Assembly: GCF_009914755.1 (NCBI RefSeq)
Contig: NC_060946.1
DNA length: 64,000 nt
DNA from: the human T2T-CHM13v2.0 reference genome, Homo sapiens
Direction: 5' to 3' (one strand)
In this document: positions 11,781 to 25,199 of the stretch, in pieces
How the letters are laid out: each line of letters starts with the position of its first letter
Position numbering within the stretch: position 1 is the stretch's first letter
Program-made: the position numbers and the translations under genes
The notes under the pieces: model-generated
Seen by the model: the letters and a program-made list of their open reading frames with translations, nothing else
What the model was told of the DNA's origin: nothing
The model's database searches: none

Positions 11781-13267
11781 GAGGTCTATGGCCCAGAGGG
11801 TTGCTGACCCCGCCATCCTCCCTGTGTCCAGCCCACTGTCTGCTGCCCTGTGTCCCCACCCGTCCTGACCCCTAGGCTGCCAGGTGGGGACATGGCCATG
11901 GTGTCATTGCATCCCCCTGCTGACCCCGCCTGGGCCCTGACCTTGACCCTGACCTCCTAGAGGCAGTCACAGGGAGAGGGCTGCAGGGCTGGTGGTAGTG
12001 GTGCCATCCTGGCCCCCTTCATGACCCTGCCTGGCCGCTAATGCTGACCCTGACCCCCGCCCCCCAGGCTGCTGGGCTCACGGTCCTCACGTCATCAGCT
12101 TCTGTCACGGCCCACCTGCCCCACCACCCTCTCCCCATGACTGCCACCAGGAGGCCACCCTCATGGGGCCATCAGCCCCTCCAGCAGCTCAGTCCCCGAA
12201 GCCTGGCCCCAGGCACCCGATTGCTTTCCTGCTGGCCTCTCTCTAGCTTTAGGCCCCAAGAGGCCCAGGCCAAGCGCGGTTTATTACAAAATCCCTGGCA
12301 GTGTAGCTGGTACGATTTTATTTATTGATTGGAGGAATGAATGAGCTGGTGAATCCAGCACTGTTTATAAAAACGAGGTGTAGGGAAAAGCTTAAGTGTC
12401 TAACCATCAAAGAGTGAAACAGAATGCGATGGAGTCTTTAAAAAGTTACATTGAAAGTTTTTTTAATAGTTGTGGAAAATGCTCATTATAAAATGTTAGG
12501 TTTAAATGTCATGTAGTCTATGACAAACATGTCTCAGGTTTCATGCAACAGAAACAGCTCTGGGCAGCACTGTCATGAAAGACCAGAGGGTACTGTTCTG
12601 TGACCTTTGCAGAGAACGGTGCCCAGCACTCTGTGCCCAGTCAATGTTGGGTTTATTTTAGCACTAATTATAAAAATGGAGGACTTTTTTCTATACATAT
12701 GCTTTGACATTTTTCTCCAGAATTCTCTTCATTTGTTTTACTTAACAGTATAAAATATTTTTATTAAAAATAATTTTTTTAAGGATCTCGCCGGATCTTA
12801 AGAACATAAACCCAGGCCTTAGTAAACGTATCTCTCACACTCTGCAAGGTTTGGGGTCCCCTGTGGTAGCCTCCTTGTCATAAGACCTTGAGTAGGTCCC
12901 GTGAGCTCACCCTCAGGAAAGAGGTCACAGAGGAGATGAAAAGGCTAGGGGGAAGCAAGCCCTGGCTGCTCTGCAGAAGGAAACACGAGGTTCACTCTAT
13001 GATGCTTAGGTGAGCAGGCAAACTCATGGGCATGACACGGAGGGCTCTACTCAATACGCACCAGCATTTTCAAAAGAGAAAGGGATGTAGTTTAGCAATG
13101 ACAGCCTGCTCTGAAGAGACATCAGCAAAGTGGCAGCAACCGGATTCTGTAGATGAAAACCCTGCCTTGGGTTGGAGCCTGAGCTGGACAATTGTCCCCT
13201 ATTAGGATGCTTCTACCAATGAGGAACAAACAATGCAGACTCATAATGGCCTGAACAATAAGGAAAG

Positions 13268-13717
13268 TGTGTCCATTAGATTTTATTGTGTAACAAACCA
13301 TCCCAAAACTTAGTGGCTTAAAATAACCACAATTTATCATTTCTCGTGAATCCAGGTTTCCTAGGTGAATCTTCTTGCCTGGGCTCAGGTATGTGGCTGT
13401 GTTTAGCTGGCAGGTTGGCTGGGAACTGTTCTTTGAGGATGAAAGACCCATGGAGAGGAAGGTTCTCAGCCAGCAGAACCTTCTCCTCAATGGGTCTTTC
13501 ATCCTCAGAGAAGCTAGATAAGACTTCTTTATGGAAGCATCTAAGACAGCAGGAGTAGGGGCCTTTTAAGGCCAAGGCTCAGAACCATACAGTGTTATTC
13601 CCACCACATTCTAGGAGTCAAAGCAAGTCGCCAGCTGAGATTTGAGGGTGGGGAGAAGACCCCAATTCTTGATAGGAGGAGCAGCAAAGAATATATGACC
13701 GTATTTAATCTACCACA
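13268..13717 (-). mobile_element. Old MaLR LTR (MLT1H/I/J-like)
   Basis: TGTGTAACAAACCATCCCAAAACTTAGTGGCTTAAAATAAC...CACATTCTA..GTCAAAGCAAGTC...AATCTACCACA. Confidence 0.65.
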
Positions 13718-13734
13718 GAAAGTCAGCATCTCAA

Positions 13735-14070
13735 AAGACAGGAAATTCAGAAGTAAGGTGTAAGGTGGATTTCCGGTGGCTGATCAAGCAGTGCAAGGAT
13801 GCGAACCAAGGTCCAGGTCCTCTCCTGTCCTCTGCATCTTCCATGTGGGTTTCATCCTCAGGCTGGGAGAAAGATAGCCTTAACAGTTCCAGGCATCACA
13901 TCCAGATGCAAAACATTCAGAAATTCAGGAAGGACTGTCTCTTCTTGTAGATATCTCCTAGGAGTGACGAAACTTCTCTGAATCCCTAGAGTGGAGCTCC
14001 TGCCATATCTCACCAGTCAGAGCTAGGTCACATGCCCGTTTCTCCCCATTGGCAAGGGGAACTAGAGTCA
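13735..14070 (-). mobile_element. Old MaLR LTR fragment (MLT1K-N-like)
   Basis: CAGTTCCAGGCATCACATCCAGA...GTCAGAGCTAGGTCACATGCCC; highly diverged. Confidence 0.4.
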
Positions 14071-14799
14071 CTTGGATCATTGCACCCCATCGCTGCACCG
14101 AGCTGCGAGGTTGGCTTCCCCTGAGGCACTGGCTGTGTGGATAGCTAAACAAAGTCAGGATCCGTTGGAAAGGAGGGTGCGGGAATGGAAACTCAGTGGG
14201 AGGGTAACCAGCAGCGTCCACCTGTATGAACCTTTATTGGGAGCTTTTGTTTAATCCCACGTGAGCAAAATCACACCATTGGCTCAGGCTCTCGACCTTA
14301 CAGGCAGAAGATAAGATCTGTAGGGATAGTTCAAATCAGATGGACATTGTAATCTTCCAAATAAACGCCACACGTATCTGAGAGCGAAAAGTTCTGATTT
14401 TCCTGCTCAGATCCCCATTTAGCTTCAAGAGTTGTAAAACGTGATTTAATCTGACAGCCTCTACCATCTCCAGCTCTGAGAATGCCCCAGGGCGCTGGCC
14501 TGCCTTCCAACATTATCTGTGATTGATGCTGAGATAATTGTCTCCCCAGTCACATTTCGGCAACAGAGTGAAATGATTTGCAGTGTGGAGGCCAAGGTTC
14601 TTTTGGCTCAAATTGTGGCATGTTGGAGACCCGTCATCAACATGGCTGTAGCTATGAGTGTGAACGTGGAGCTCGGTCACCACACAGTCACCTTCACGTT
14701 AGCAAGAAAGCAGGTTTCAATCATGGAACCAACAAGAGGTATTTTCAAGTTTTGTGGTTCATAAACCTCAGGGTAGAGCACAATGGATGCAGATCAACC

Positions 14800-15349
14800 A
14801 AGATACGGTGCCCAAAAGAACTGGAAACACGTCCACACAAAACTGGCACGCCAATGTTCCTAGCAGCACCCTTCACAACAAACAGCTAACAGATGGAAAC
14901 AACTCAGGTACACATCCAAGGATGGATGGACAGCAAAATGTCACAAATTCATACAGTAGCATCTTATCAGCAGTAAAAAGGAATGAATTGGTGAGGCAAT
15001 GCACACCACACATGAACCTCAAAAAATTATGCGAAATAAAAGAAGCCAGTCACCAAAGGTCACATACTCTGTGATTCCATTCATATGAAATGTCCAGAAC
15101 AAAGACATTTATGGAGACAGAAAGTAGCTTACTGTTTTCCTAGAGCTGAGACTGGGAACCTGGGGTGAGGTAGAGTAGGGAGAGTGATTGCTAAAGGGCA
15201 TGGGGCTTCTTTCCAGAGTGATGAACATACCCTAAAGTTTACCTGTGGTGAGAGTTGCACGTATCCGTGAATAAACTGAAAATGATTGATTCATATACTT
15301 TAAAATGTTGAATTATATGGTGTGTGAACTACATCTCAATAAAGCTTAT
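14800..15349 (+). mobile_element. L1MB-type 3' end
   Basis: AAAAAGGAATGAA...ATGAACCTCAAAAA..AAAGAAGCCAGTCACCAAAGGTCACATACT..GATTCCATTCATATGAAATGTCCAGAA...TCTCAATAAAGCT. Confidence 0.8.
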
Positions 15350-15364
15350 AAAATAGCAAGGATA

Positions 15365-15678
<314 letters not shown>

Positions 15679-15836
15679 TCACATCTCACTCCTAGTTACC
15701 ACTGGATAGATACCCTGTGTCTACCGTGTCAGTTGTGGAATTGTAGGTTCCTTTGGTCCCCCGAAACTCAGGGAGAGATGGTAGGGTCACACTTGGGCAC
15801 CCAAGTCAGCCTGTCTCCACAGGCAGGGACCCTGGG

Positions 15837-15953
15837 TCTCCACACCCCCCGTAGTGTCAGCTGCAGGGGCCAGCATGGCTGTTCCTGCATGTGTTCTCCA
15901 CACCCCCCGTAGTGTCAGCTGCAGGGGCCAGCGTGGCTCTTCCTGCCTGTGTC
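15837..15953. repeat. 58-bp tandem duplication, 2 copies
   Basis: TCTCCACACCCCCCGTAGTGTCAGCTGCAGGGGCCAGC at 15837 and 15895. Confidence 0.9.
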
Positions 15954-16294
15954 CTGCAGGCTCCTCTGCTGGCCCCTCTTTACGGTCTCCCTGAGGCCCA
16001 GACTGTTGCCAGGGAGGAATCATCCTGGAGATGGACGAGCGCTGAGGCCTTGCTGCTTGCATTTAAGCAGCCTTTACTTTTGTAGACATTGAAAGACCAA
16101 AGAGAGGAGGCTTAGGGAGGAATGTTGCCAGAAGCAGCCCCTCAGGTTTGTTCCACTTTAATCGGACAGCATCCCTTGGCTGTCCAGACTGACAGTGTTT
16201 TATTAGGAAGCGTCTCAGCTTCTCTGTAGTAGACAGACTCCAGGGTCACCCCCATCTCCTGCCCCCTGGCCATACCCTTGTGTACCCCTCCCCT

Positions 16295-17139
<845 letters not shown>

Positions 17140-17149
17140 AACTCTCATT

Positions 17150-17920
17150 CAGGTTTGTTCCAATCTCACCTTTTTAGTGAAGCCCGATCTCATCGCCCAT
17201 GTGCCTCTGCCATGATCCCTCCTTCTGATCTTTACCTACCAAGCCTGGGTTGCCCTCTCTTCACTGTGTTCAAGCACACGTCCCCTTCTCAGTGACCAGG
17301 GAATGTGGGTATTGGGTCTGTTCATTCCTCCTCGCAGTGCTAGTCTGTGAGCTCCAGGAGGGCGAGCACCTTCTCATTTGACGCTAACGTACCCCAGGTG
17401 CCTGGCAGTGCTCCAGGAGAGCGAGAACCTTCTCATTTGATGCTCATGTACCCCAGGTGCCTGCCAGTGCTCCAGGAGGGCTAGGACCTTCTCATTTGAT
17501 GCTCATGTACCCCAGGTGCCTGGCAGTGCTCCAGGAGGGCAAGAACCTTCTCATTTGATGCTCATGTACCCCAGGTGCCTGCCAGTGCTCCAGGAGGGCG
17601 AGAACCTTCTCATTTGATGCTCATGTACCCCAGGTGCCTGCCAGTGCTCCAGGAGGGCTAGGACCTTCTCATTTGATGCTCATGTACCCCAGGTGCCTGC
17701 CAGTGCTCCAGGAGGGCTAGGACCTTCTCATTTGATGCTCATATACCCCAGGTGCCTGCCAGTGCTCCAGGAGGGCGAGAACCTTCTCATTTGATGCTCA
17801 TGTACCCCAGGTGCCTGGCAGTGCTCCAGGAGGGCTAGGACCTTCTCATTTGATGCTCATGTACCCCAGGTGCCTGCCAGTGCTGGCCCATCATAGATGC
17901 TCAGTCATCAGTCGTTAAGT
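17150..17920 (+). mobile_element. L2 3'-end relic hosting a tandem array
   Basis: CTAGTCTGTGAGCTCCAGGAGGGC before the array and GCTGGCCCATCATAGATGCTCA after it match the remembered L2 tail CTAGACTGTGAGCTCC..GAGGGC...GCCTGGCACATAGTAGGCGCTCA. Confidence 0.6.
17351..17885. repeat. 59-bp tandem repeat (VNTR-like), 9 copies
   Basis: Unit GCTCCAGGAGGGC(GAGA/TAGG)ACCTTCTCATTTGATGCTCATGTACCCCAGGTGCCTG(C/G)CAGT every 59 bp from 17351 to 17823. Confidence 0.97.
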
Positions 17921-20900
17921 GACGCTTGAGTCAACCAGCCAGGCCATCGTTTGCCAGAGGAAATCCAGTCCCTGAGATGAAGGTGAGTCGTGGCAGAGTG
18001 GAAGGCCTCATCCACATTCCTAGTTTCTCCTGTGTTCACATCCGGCCCCCTGTTCTGGCGGGGGCCCTGCCCTGTGCTCAGAGCAACGCGGCCGCCTCCC
18101 TCCAGGGTCCCACACCTGCCGCATCACCTCCCCTGGGGTGGCACGGGCACACCTGGCTCTGCTCCCACCCTGCTCTGGCCCCCATTCCCAGACAAGTCCC
18201 GCCGCTGTCAGCGCACCTCTGCATTGGGCACTCCCTTCTGTCGGCAGAGTCGTGCTCTGTGGTGCATCTGAAGGTGTCCCGTTTAATTTTTTATTTTAAC
18301 TGCACCTGTCTTGAATGCGTATCTTTCAAAAAAGGGGAAAAGGAGCTAGAATTGTAGCTATCATTTCTGAGCACGCCCTGGGCTCCCAGAGCCCTGCACG
18401 TTTTTCTTTTGTTGAAACCCCCATTGCCGTTCTCTGGAGTGGGCTTGTAATCTCCATTTCTTAGGTGGGAAATGGAGGGTGAGAGGGAAAGTGACACGGT
18501 TTCAGAGCTGCAGCATAGCAGGGTGGGGTCGAATCCTGTTTAACTTCATTCCAAATACCAAGCTTTCAACCACTGCCTTCAATATGTGCTTTGTAGGCAG
18601 CAGCTTCTATTTACTTACGGCCCCACAGCTGCTCTGCACCCTGACCCAGGATATCCCTGCAACCTATGCAAACTGAGTTCCAGCCCTGCTGCCAAACCCT
18701 CCGTGGCCCTGGGAATGAACCCTCATCCTGGCTGCTCTCACCGTGGCCTGTCCAGATGCAGGAGCTCCTCTCTGAATCTGGGGCTACTGGCAGGTGAGTT
18801 TCTGCAGGGACCTGCCCCCTGGGCTCTACTGCAGGGGCACAGAGGCACAGCGCCCCCTTCAAGGCACCAAGGTGGCCATTTCTCCCACCCACTACAGGGT
18901 CCGCTCCCCGGAGGTCTGGGTGGAGGAGGGAGGAGCAGCGGCTCTCTGCTGCTTTCTCTGTCTACACACCTTGGGCCTCTCAGTGGGACCGTCCACACAG
19001 CCCAGGTGGCTCTGAAAGGGAGGTGGGCACGTCCTCTCTCTCCCTCTTCCATCTGTCTCTGTCTCTAGCGCCCTCTACCTGAGCCCTTTGCTTTGTGGGT
19101 AGTTAAGAGATCGGGAAATCTCAGAGGAGGAGAGGTCGGGAGGGGACTCACTCTCTGGACCCCCTGTCTGAGTGCTGGTGGCTGGAGCACAGTCCCCTCT
19201 GTTGACGTTGCACTGAGGAGCCCTGAGCACTTTCCCCCTTCCCTGCCAGGTGTGCCTTCTCCTCATCTCACCTGGAAAGCACAGAGTTGACGCAGGACTC
19301 CGACTGCCCCCTTACAACTCTGCAGGCCACGTGCAGACAGCACAGCCATTGGTGAGGGCCGTGTGTCTGAAGATGGAGAGGAGGGGTCTTGAGGACGGAG
19401 CTCTGGGGGCCAATGGGGCCCTTGCTCTTCCTCCTGAGTGGTCCATGGTGCGCAAAGCACCCGATGGACATCATTGCATTGATGCTGATGTTGGAGATGG
19501 TGACAGACAAGGCCTCGCATAGGCAGAGGTGGCTTCACAGCAGCGGGCAAGTGGGGGACCCTGCCTGATGCAGAGTCGGGGGCGGCTTCCTGCAGACCGG
19601 GCTTCCTTGGCCCATTCCCCCTCTCCCTTTTTCAAATCTCAGAACTCCAGAGCGGTGCTCTCCTCCAAAAAGAGGGCTGCTCCCCTTAAGGCACTCGCTC
19701 TGACTTTGCCATCCTCCAGCTGACCTGAGTGAGCTCAGCAGCCGGAGTTCGTGTGGCTCTGTCACCAGCCAGCATGTCTGAAATCACTGCAGAGATGCTG
19801 CTGAGGGAACACGGACAGCGTTCTGAGCCGATAGTTTCCAAAATGCTGGATTCCGGCCAGTTCTTCTGTTTAATATGCAGCACCTTATAATTAAAGCCAT
19901 AGACTGCCAGACTGAGTGCCAGCCAGGAAGGGGAAGAGAGACACAGTGGGCTTCACCATTTCCCCAGTAGACGTCAGCATGGAGGAAGTAGGGGATGCCT
20001 CAGGACCCACTTTGGTTGAACCCTGCACTGGGAACTGCTAGCCTCCTCTGAGCCTTCCTGGGGCACCTGTTCCACGGCAGGGAGTGAGCTGAGGATGGGA
20101 TTGAGACTCACAGAACAGTGGAGGCCATGGCAGCCTACCCAGAAAGCACAAGGCAGGGCTCCAGGTGACGAGAGAGGGAAGGAGAGGCCACTATGGGCCC
20201 AGGTCCTGGATGCTTCTGACCCTGGGCCAGAAAGGGCTGCTGCGGAGAAGTAGAACTAAAGCCAGATCCTGCAGGGTAAATAGGAGTGGCCCAGATCAAG
20301 GGCAGAGGGCAGGGTGTGTGCAGAGCGCCAGGCATGGAGCCCATGGCCATGGCCGCCTTTTGCCCTTGGATGGTCTGGTCTTCCTCAGGTCCTCCTCATC
20401 AGCTCTGGGCCCCACCTGCTCCTCCTGTGCCTGGCCAGGCCTCTGCCTCTTCTTATCCCCATCTGTGCTTGTCCTAGACAGTTCCTTCATTTGTGATTCT
20501 AAATATTCCTCTTGAGCTTCTGACACTCACAACTTCTTAATCCACACATGCACTTGAATATTTAAAGGATATCTCCAATTTAGATGACCAAGCCACAAAC
20601 AAAGTCCCCTGCCCTTGCCTGACACGCTCTCCCCAAGCTTTCTGCGTCTCCCTCAGCAGCCCCGTCCTCTCCCAGTGCTCAGCCCACAGTGCATCCCTCT
20701 GTCCTCACCTCACACTCCACCTCCAGGCTCAGTCTTTCTGAGTCCTTCCACACTTGCTTTTCTGTCTGGTTGGAACTTTCTGTCTCCTACCCCAGTACCA
20801 TCACACGAGTTTGTCCTCCACATCCTGCAGATCTGGACCCTGCATCATCGTCTCCTCAGCAGCACCCTCACTGTCACCCTGGCCAGAGCAGCCCCTACGG

Positions 20901-20924
20901 CGTGCTCTCCCGGGACTTCATCAT

Positions 20925-21290
20925 CCTTAGCGGCTGCTGCACAGCTCACCATCCCAAAACTAAGAGGCTTCATGCAACAGCTCACAGTTATGTGGGCCAA
21001 CACCGAGGCTGAGTTCAGCCGGGCGGTTCTTCTGGCCTTTGCTGTGGTTCACACGGACTTGCACCCCCAGCTGGTTATCCCCATACACAAGGCAGAGAGA
21101 AGCAGAGGGATGAGACCTCCAATGTGCACCCTGTCCTTCCTCTTTGCTGTTGGCCAAAGTGGCCACAGGCCCCCAGTCCCAAGGGGTAGGGAGAGTGACT
21201 CCCCCTGCTGGCAGAGGCTGCAGTATCACCTCACGGGGTGCAGGCTCTGGGAGGGGATGACCATCATCACTTTGCAAGCAATTGACTGCT
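20925..21290 (-). mobile_element. Old MaLR LTR (MLT1J-like) flanked by L2 fragments
   Basis: CCATCCCAAAACTAAGAGGCTT...GCTGAGTTCAGCCGGGCGGTTCTTCTGG...TTGGCCAAAG; L2-like TAAGCTCCATGAGGGCA at about 21357. Confidence 0.55.
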
Positions 21291-22805
21291 GAATTCCTAA
21301 TGTTATCTGGTTTGGCTATTTATGTGTCTCCTCTCTGTCTCTTCCCCAGTGGATCATAAGCTCCATGAGGGCAAAGACTACATCTCAGTCATCGCCCTTG
21401 CCTCAGGGAAGATGCTAAAATAATAATAGTTGTCATTAGCTGCCTGGGGGCGCTTCAGTTCCGCTCTTCCAGGCTGCCCCAGCTGGGCTGGTGCGCAGAA
21501 GGGGTTCCCATGGTGCAGGGACCACCCATGTGGATCCAGCTCTCAGGGCAAAGAAGCAGGGACCCTCCCTCCTTGCCAGTGCCCAGGCCCCAGGGAGCCT
21601 CCCTGACGACAGCTTCAGCACAGGCCCTCGGGGATGACTCCTGAGCCTCACAGGGTGCCTGCTGTGCTGCCATGAAGCTGCCGCAGTGGCCTTCCTCTGC
21701 TCACGTCAGGTTTTCGGGAGGAGAAGGCAGAGCTGGCAGGCTTGGGTGATCACAGCAATGACAGAGGCCAGGGATGGGCTGTGGCCACCCAGCGCCTGCG
21801 AGCAGGGTCACCGCTTCCCTTATCCTGCGTCTGAATCTCTGATAGGATGGAAAGCTGGGTGCTGAGCCTTCCCTCTGCCTCAGAGGGTCCCAGGACACCA
21901 TGCAGGGATGCACCATGCTCAGTAATGGTGCTCACTGCTCTGAAACCTGTGAACAGACCCACATCCAGGATGCACAGCATGGGGGAGCACTGGGTCTCCC
22001 CAGGCCACTCTCCCCCTCATAAGCCCTGCTCGTCTGAGTGGGACTCTGTGCAGACTTGGGGCTCAGGGTCTCCCAGAAGACAGCCTCAGCCGGGCACCAG
22101 GCCCCGGGATGCCCGGGAAGAGCACCTGCCATGCATCCTGACAGCTGGGGCTCTCACAGCCACCCAGAGGACACCAGCTTGGAGGGCACATTTGCAACTC
22201 TCGGGGGCTCATTCCGTTTCACATAATTTAGTTTACATTCAAAATATAAAGTCTCCTTTTGTGTGTATTAAGGGACAGATCTCTGCTTGCGCTCACTTGG
22301 AGTGAGGACAGAGGCCCTGCTGTGCCCAGCCCCTTCCGCCCGAGCTCACTGAGGAGCATGGCCAGACTCACTGGCTGCTGCAATTGCCTGCACCACGCAG
22401 GCCCCGTCTCCACCTCCCCCGTGAATGTCACAAAGTAATTAGCTTGTGAAGCTATTTCCCTATGACATTATGGATCAAAAGAAAGTGACAGGTAACCAGA
22501 TGTGCTGACGGGGAGGCCCCTGCCCCGGGGAACTCCTGCCTGTCTGCTTCCAGGAGAGGGTAACACAGGAGCCCGGCAGGAGGCTCTGCAGACAGGATGG
22601 CACCCCACAAGGATACTTTAATTGTGTGCAGCTTGGGGGATGCCAGGGAAACACAGCACACCCACCTTCTTTCATTTATTTTTCTGCCCAAGAACCAGTA
22701 AACACGGAGTTACTCCTGTACTGAGCTGAGTAAAATAATCTGACTGAGAGGATGCGCTGACCTCAGTTTCGACAACTGCGTTTGGTACCAAGCCCTGCAA
22801 GGGCT

Positions 22806-23124
22806 CCACGGAGCAGCTTTGGGGGAGACCTGCCTGCAGGAACATGTACCCCACGGAGCAGCTTTGGGGGAGACCTGCCTGCAGGAACATGTACCCCACG
22901 GAGCAGCTTTGGGGGAGACCTGCCTGCAGGAACATGTACCCCACGGAGCAGCTTTGGGGGAGACCTGCCTGCAGGAACATGTACCCCACGGAGCAGCTTT
23001 GGGGGAGACCTGCCTGCAGGAACATGTACCTCACGGAGCAGCTTTGGGGGAGACCTGCCTGCAGGAACATGTACCCCACGGAGCAGCTTTGGGGGAGACC
23101 TGCCTGCAGGAACATGTACCCCAC
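22806..23124. repeat. 45-bp tandem repeat (VNTR-like), 7 near-identical copies
   Basis: CCACGGAGCAGCTTTGGGGGAGACCTGCCTGCAGGAACATGTACC at 22806+45n; a single C>T variant at 23031. Confidence 0.98.
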
Positions 23125-23993
23125 CCGACACGTCCTGGGAGCCTCGTCTGAGGTACAAACAACAGGAAAGCACTGATGCATTTTTCAAAATCCAGCAGGA
23201 GGGAACGGTGGGCTGTGGATGCTGGCTGGGAAAGCTCCTCGGGCACAGCCCTGTGGGCAGGGAGGGGAGGAGGGCTCAGCCCCCACACAGGCCGCCTGGC
23301 ACCAGGAGTCACAGGCCTCAGCCGTGGGATGTCCCCAGAGTTCCAACCGCCACTCTTGCAGAAGCAGCCCAGCAGGGTGAGGGTGGGGCCACATGGGGCT
23401 CAGCTGCAGGAGGGACGCCAGGTCCTGCACTTCTCACCCGCAGTGACCTTGGGCAGGGCATTCATTCCTTGGGAGAAATTTCCTCGTTGGTGAAATGAAA
23501 TCACTGCTTGGCTTCAGCCACATAATGTTAGGCACGCTAACTGCAGCCTAGGCAACCTCAGACCCTCAGGAAATCAACAGAGGGGTGCCAGCTCCCTGCA
23601 CAGGTCCCGGCCTAACTCGGGATGCCACTCAGGGCCCTCGTCTTCCCATCCTGTGGCTCTGTCTTCACAAGGCCCCAGAGGTGCTCTTGTCCCTTCCCTT
23701 TCAGTCCCTCAGCCAGTGGGCAGCACACGGCCACCCAAACACAAGAGGCCAGGACCATGGACAGCAGGGAGCACAGAGCCCAGGCCTCCGTGATCCTAGG
23801 AACACGCAGCATCCGGGAACACGGAAAGTAAAGATGGAGACATGGGGCGGGAGGAAGCTAAGCAGGGACACAGTACCCCCTTGCATCACGGAAATGCCTG
23901 GCCAGAGCGACCTGCCGCAAGAAGCCAGCCCAGCTGCTCCTGTCCCTGAAATGTCCGGAGAGAGGGCCAGCAGGGAGGCTGGCGCCTGGGCCA

Positions 23994-24123
23994 AGAGAGG
24001 GGCTACTCAGTTCTTCCAGAACATTCCAGTGTGGCCCATGGACACCGGCCTTCTGATGTCCAGAGAGGGGCTACTCAGTTCCTCCAGAACATTCCAGTGT
24101 GGCCCATGGACGCCGGCCTTCTG
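23994..24123. repeat. 68-bp tandem duplication
   Basis: AGAGAGGGGCTACTCAGTTC(T/C)TCCAGAACATTCCAGTGTGGCCCATGGAC at 23994 and 24062. Confidence 0.92.
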
Positions 24124-24853
24124 GGGTCCATTCTGTCCTGTGTCACTTCAGTTGATGAGCTGCTTGAGACCAGAACTGCCCAAATCCAGAACCGCCCACT
24201 ACCTTCTGTGAGGCTGTGGCCAGAAAGCAAGCCAGACTTCTGAAGCTGCCTGGGCCTGTCGGGACCCAGGAGAATCTGGCCGTGAAGGAGAATAAAGGAG
24301 GAAGCCAGGCCTGGCACAGGGACAGGGTGGGGACCCAGTGAGATCTCCAAGGAGGAAGCCAGGGCTCCTACACTGGGGCTGCTGTTCTCCCGGAGGAACT
24401 CCACCCAAGGAGAGTCTGGGATTATCATGAGAGACAGGACCGCATCTGTGCACAGTGCAGTACGTCAGGTGCTGGCCAGGGGCCGGGGGCCTCAGGGAGG
24501 AGAGTCACCCACCAGGCCAACTAGGACAGACGAAACGTGAGTGCCCCTACGGGAGAAAGCAAAGCTGAGACAGCATCGCGAGCTGAGGGAGAAACTGACA
24601 GACGGCAGTTCACCAAAACCCAAAAACTGGTCATTCTCTGGCCTTTAACAAACCAAAGTATATTTCTCCCTCTGAAATAAGAAACACAGGACAATTATTA
24701 AGTTCCAAAAGTACGTTTCATTTTGGAGGCATGTTGTTGGTCCCCTTTGGAATCATGAACCCCTGTGAGCGAAACACCTCCCACCATTGATTCTGACAGG
24801 GTACGGCGGGCAGTTCCCGGCCCAGGTAGAGGCAGACAGGTGCAGAGCCACAG

Positions 24854-25047
24854 GGCCACCACTGCAGAGTCTGGCCTTCTCTCCAGCCCCGGGTGCACCC
24901 ACGGTTATCAGGGACCCAGCACTGCCTCCCTGCACGCACATGGCTCTCCAGGCCACCACTGCAGAGTCCGGCCTTCTCTCCAGCCCCGGGTGCACCCACG
25001 GTGATCAGGGACCCGGTGCTGCCTCCCTGCACCCACCCGGCTCTCCA
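24854..25047. repeat. 97-bp tandem duplication
   Basis: GGCCACCACTGCAGAGTC(T/C)GGCCTTCTCTCCAGCCCCGGGTGCACCCACGGT at 24854 and 24951. Confidence 0.92.
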
Positions 25048-25199
25048 CAGCAGCAAACGGGGTACATTAGGGTGGACGGGATGTGGGGCCAGGGCCCTGC
25101 TAGGGCTGGGGTGGACTGCGGAGGGCCGGCACCAAGCAGTTCCAGGTGTGGAGGGCGGCCCTATGTCAGCTGTTAGACACGCAGGGGAGGCACCTCAGA

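Noticed and set aside
23585-24211. 208-aa ORF in largely unique sequence
   Set aside because: Non-ATG start in the track, includes a 68-bp duplication that shifts frame, no family match I recognise, and the length is plausible by chance at this GC content.
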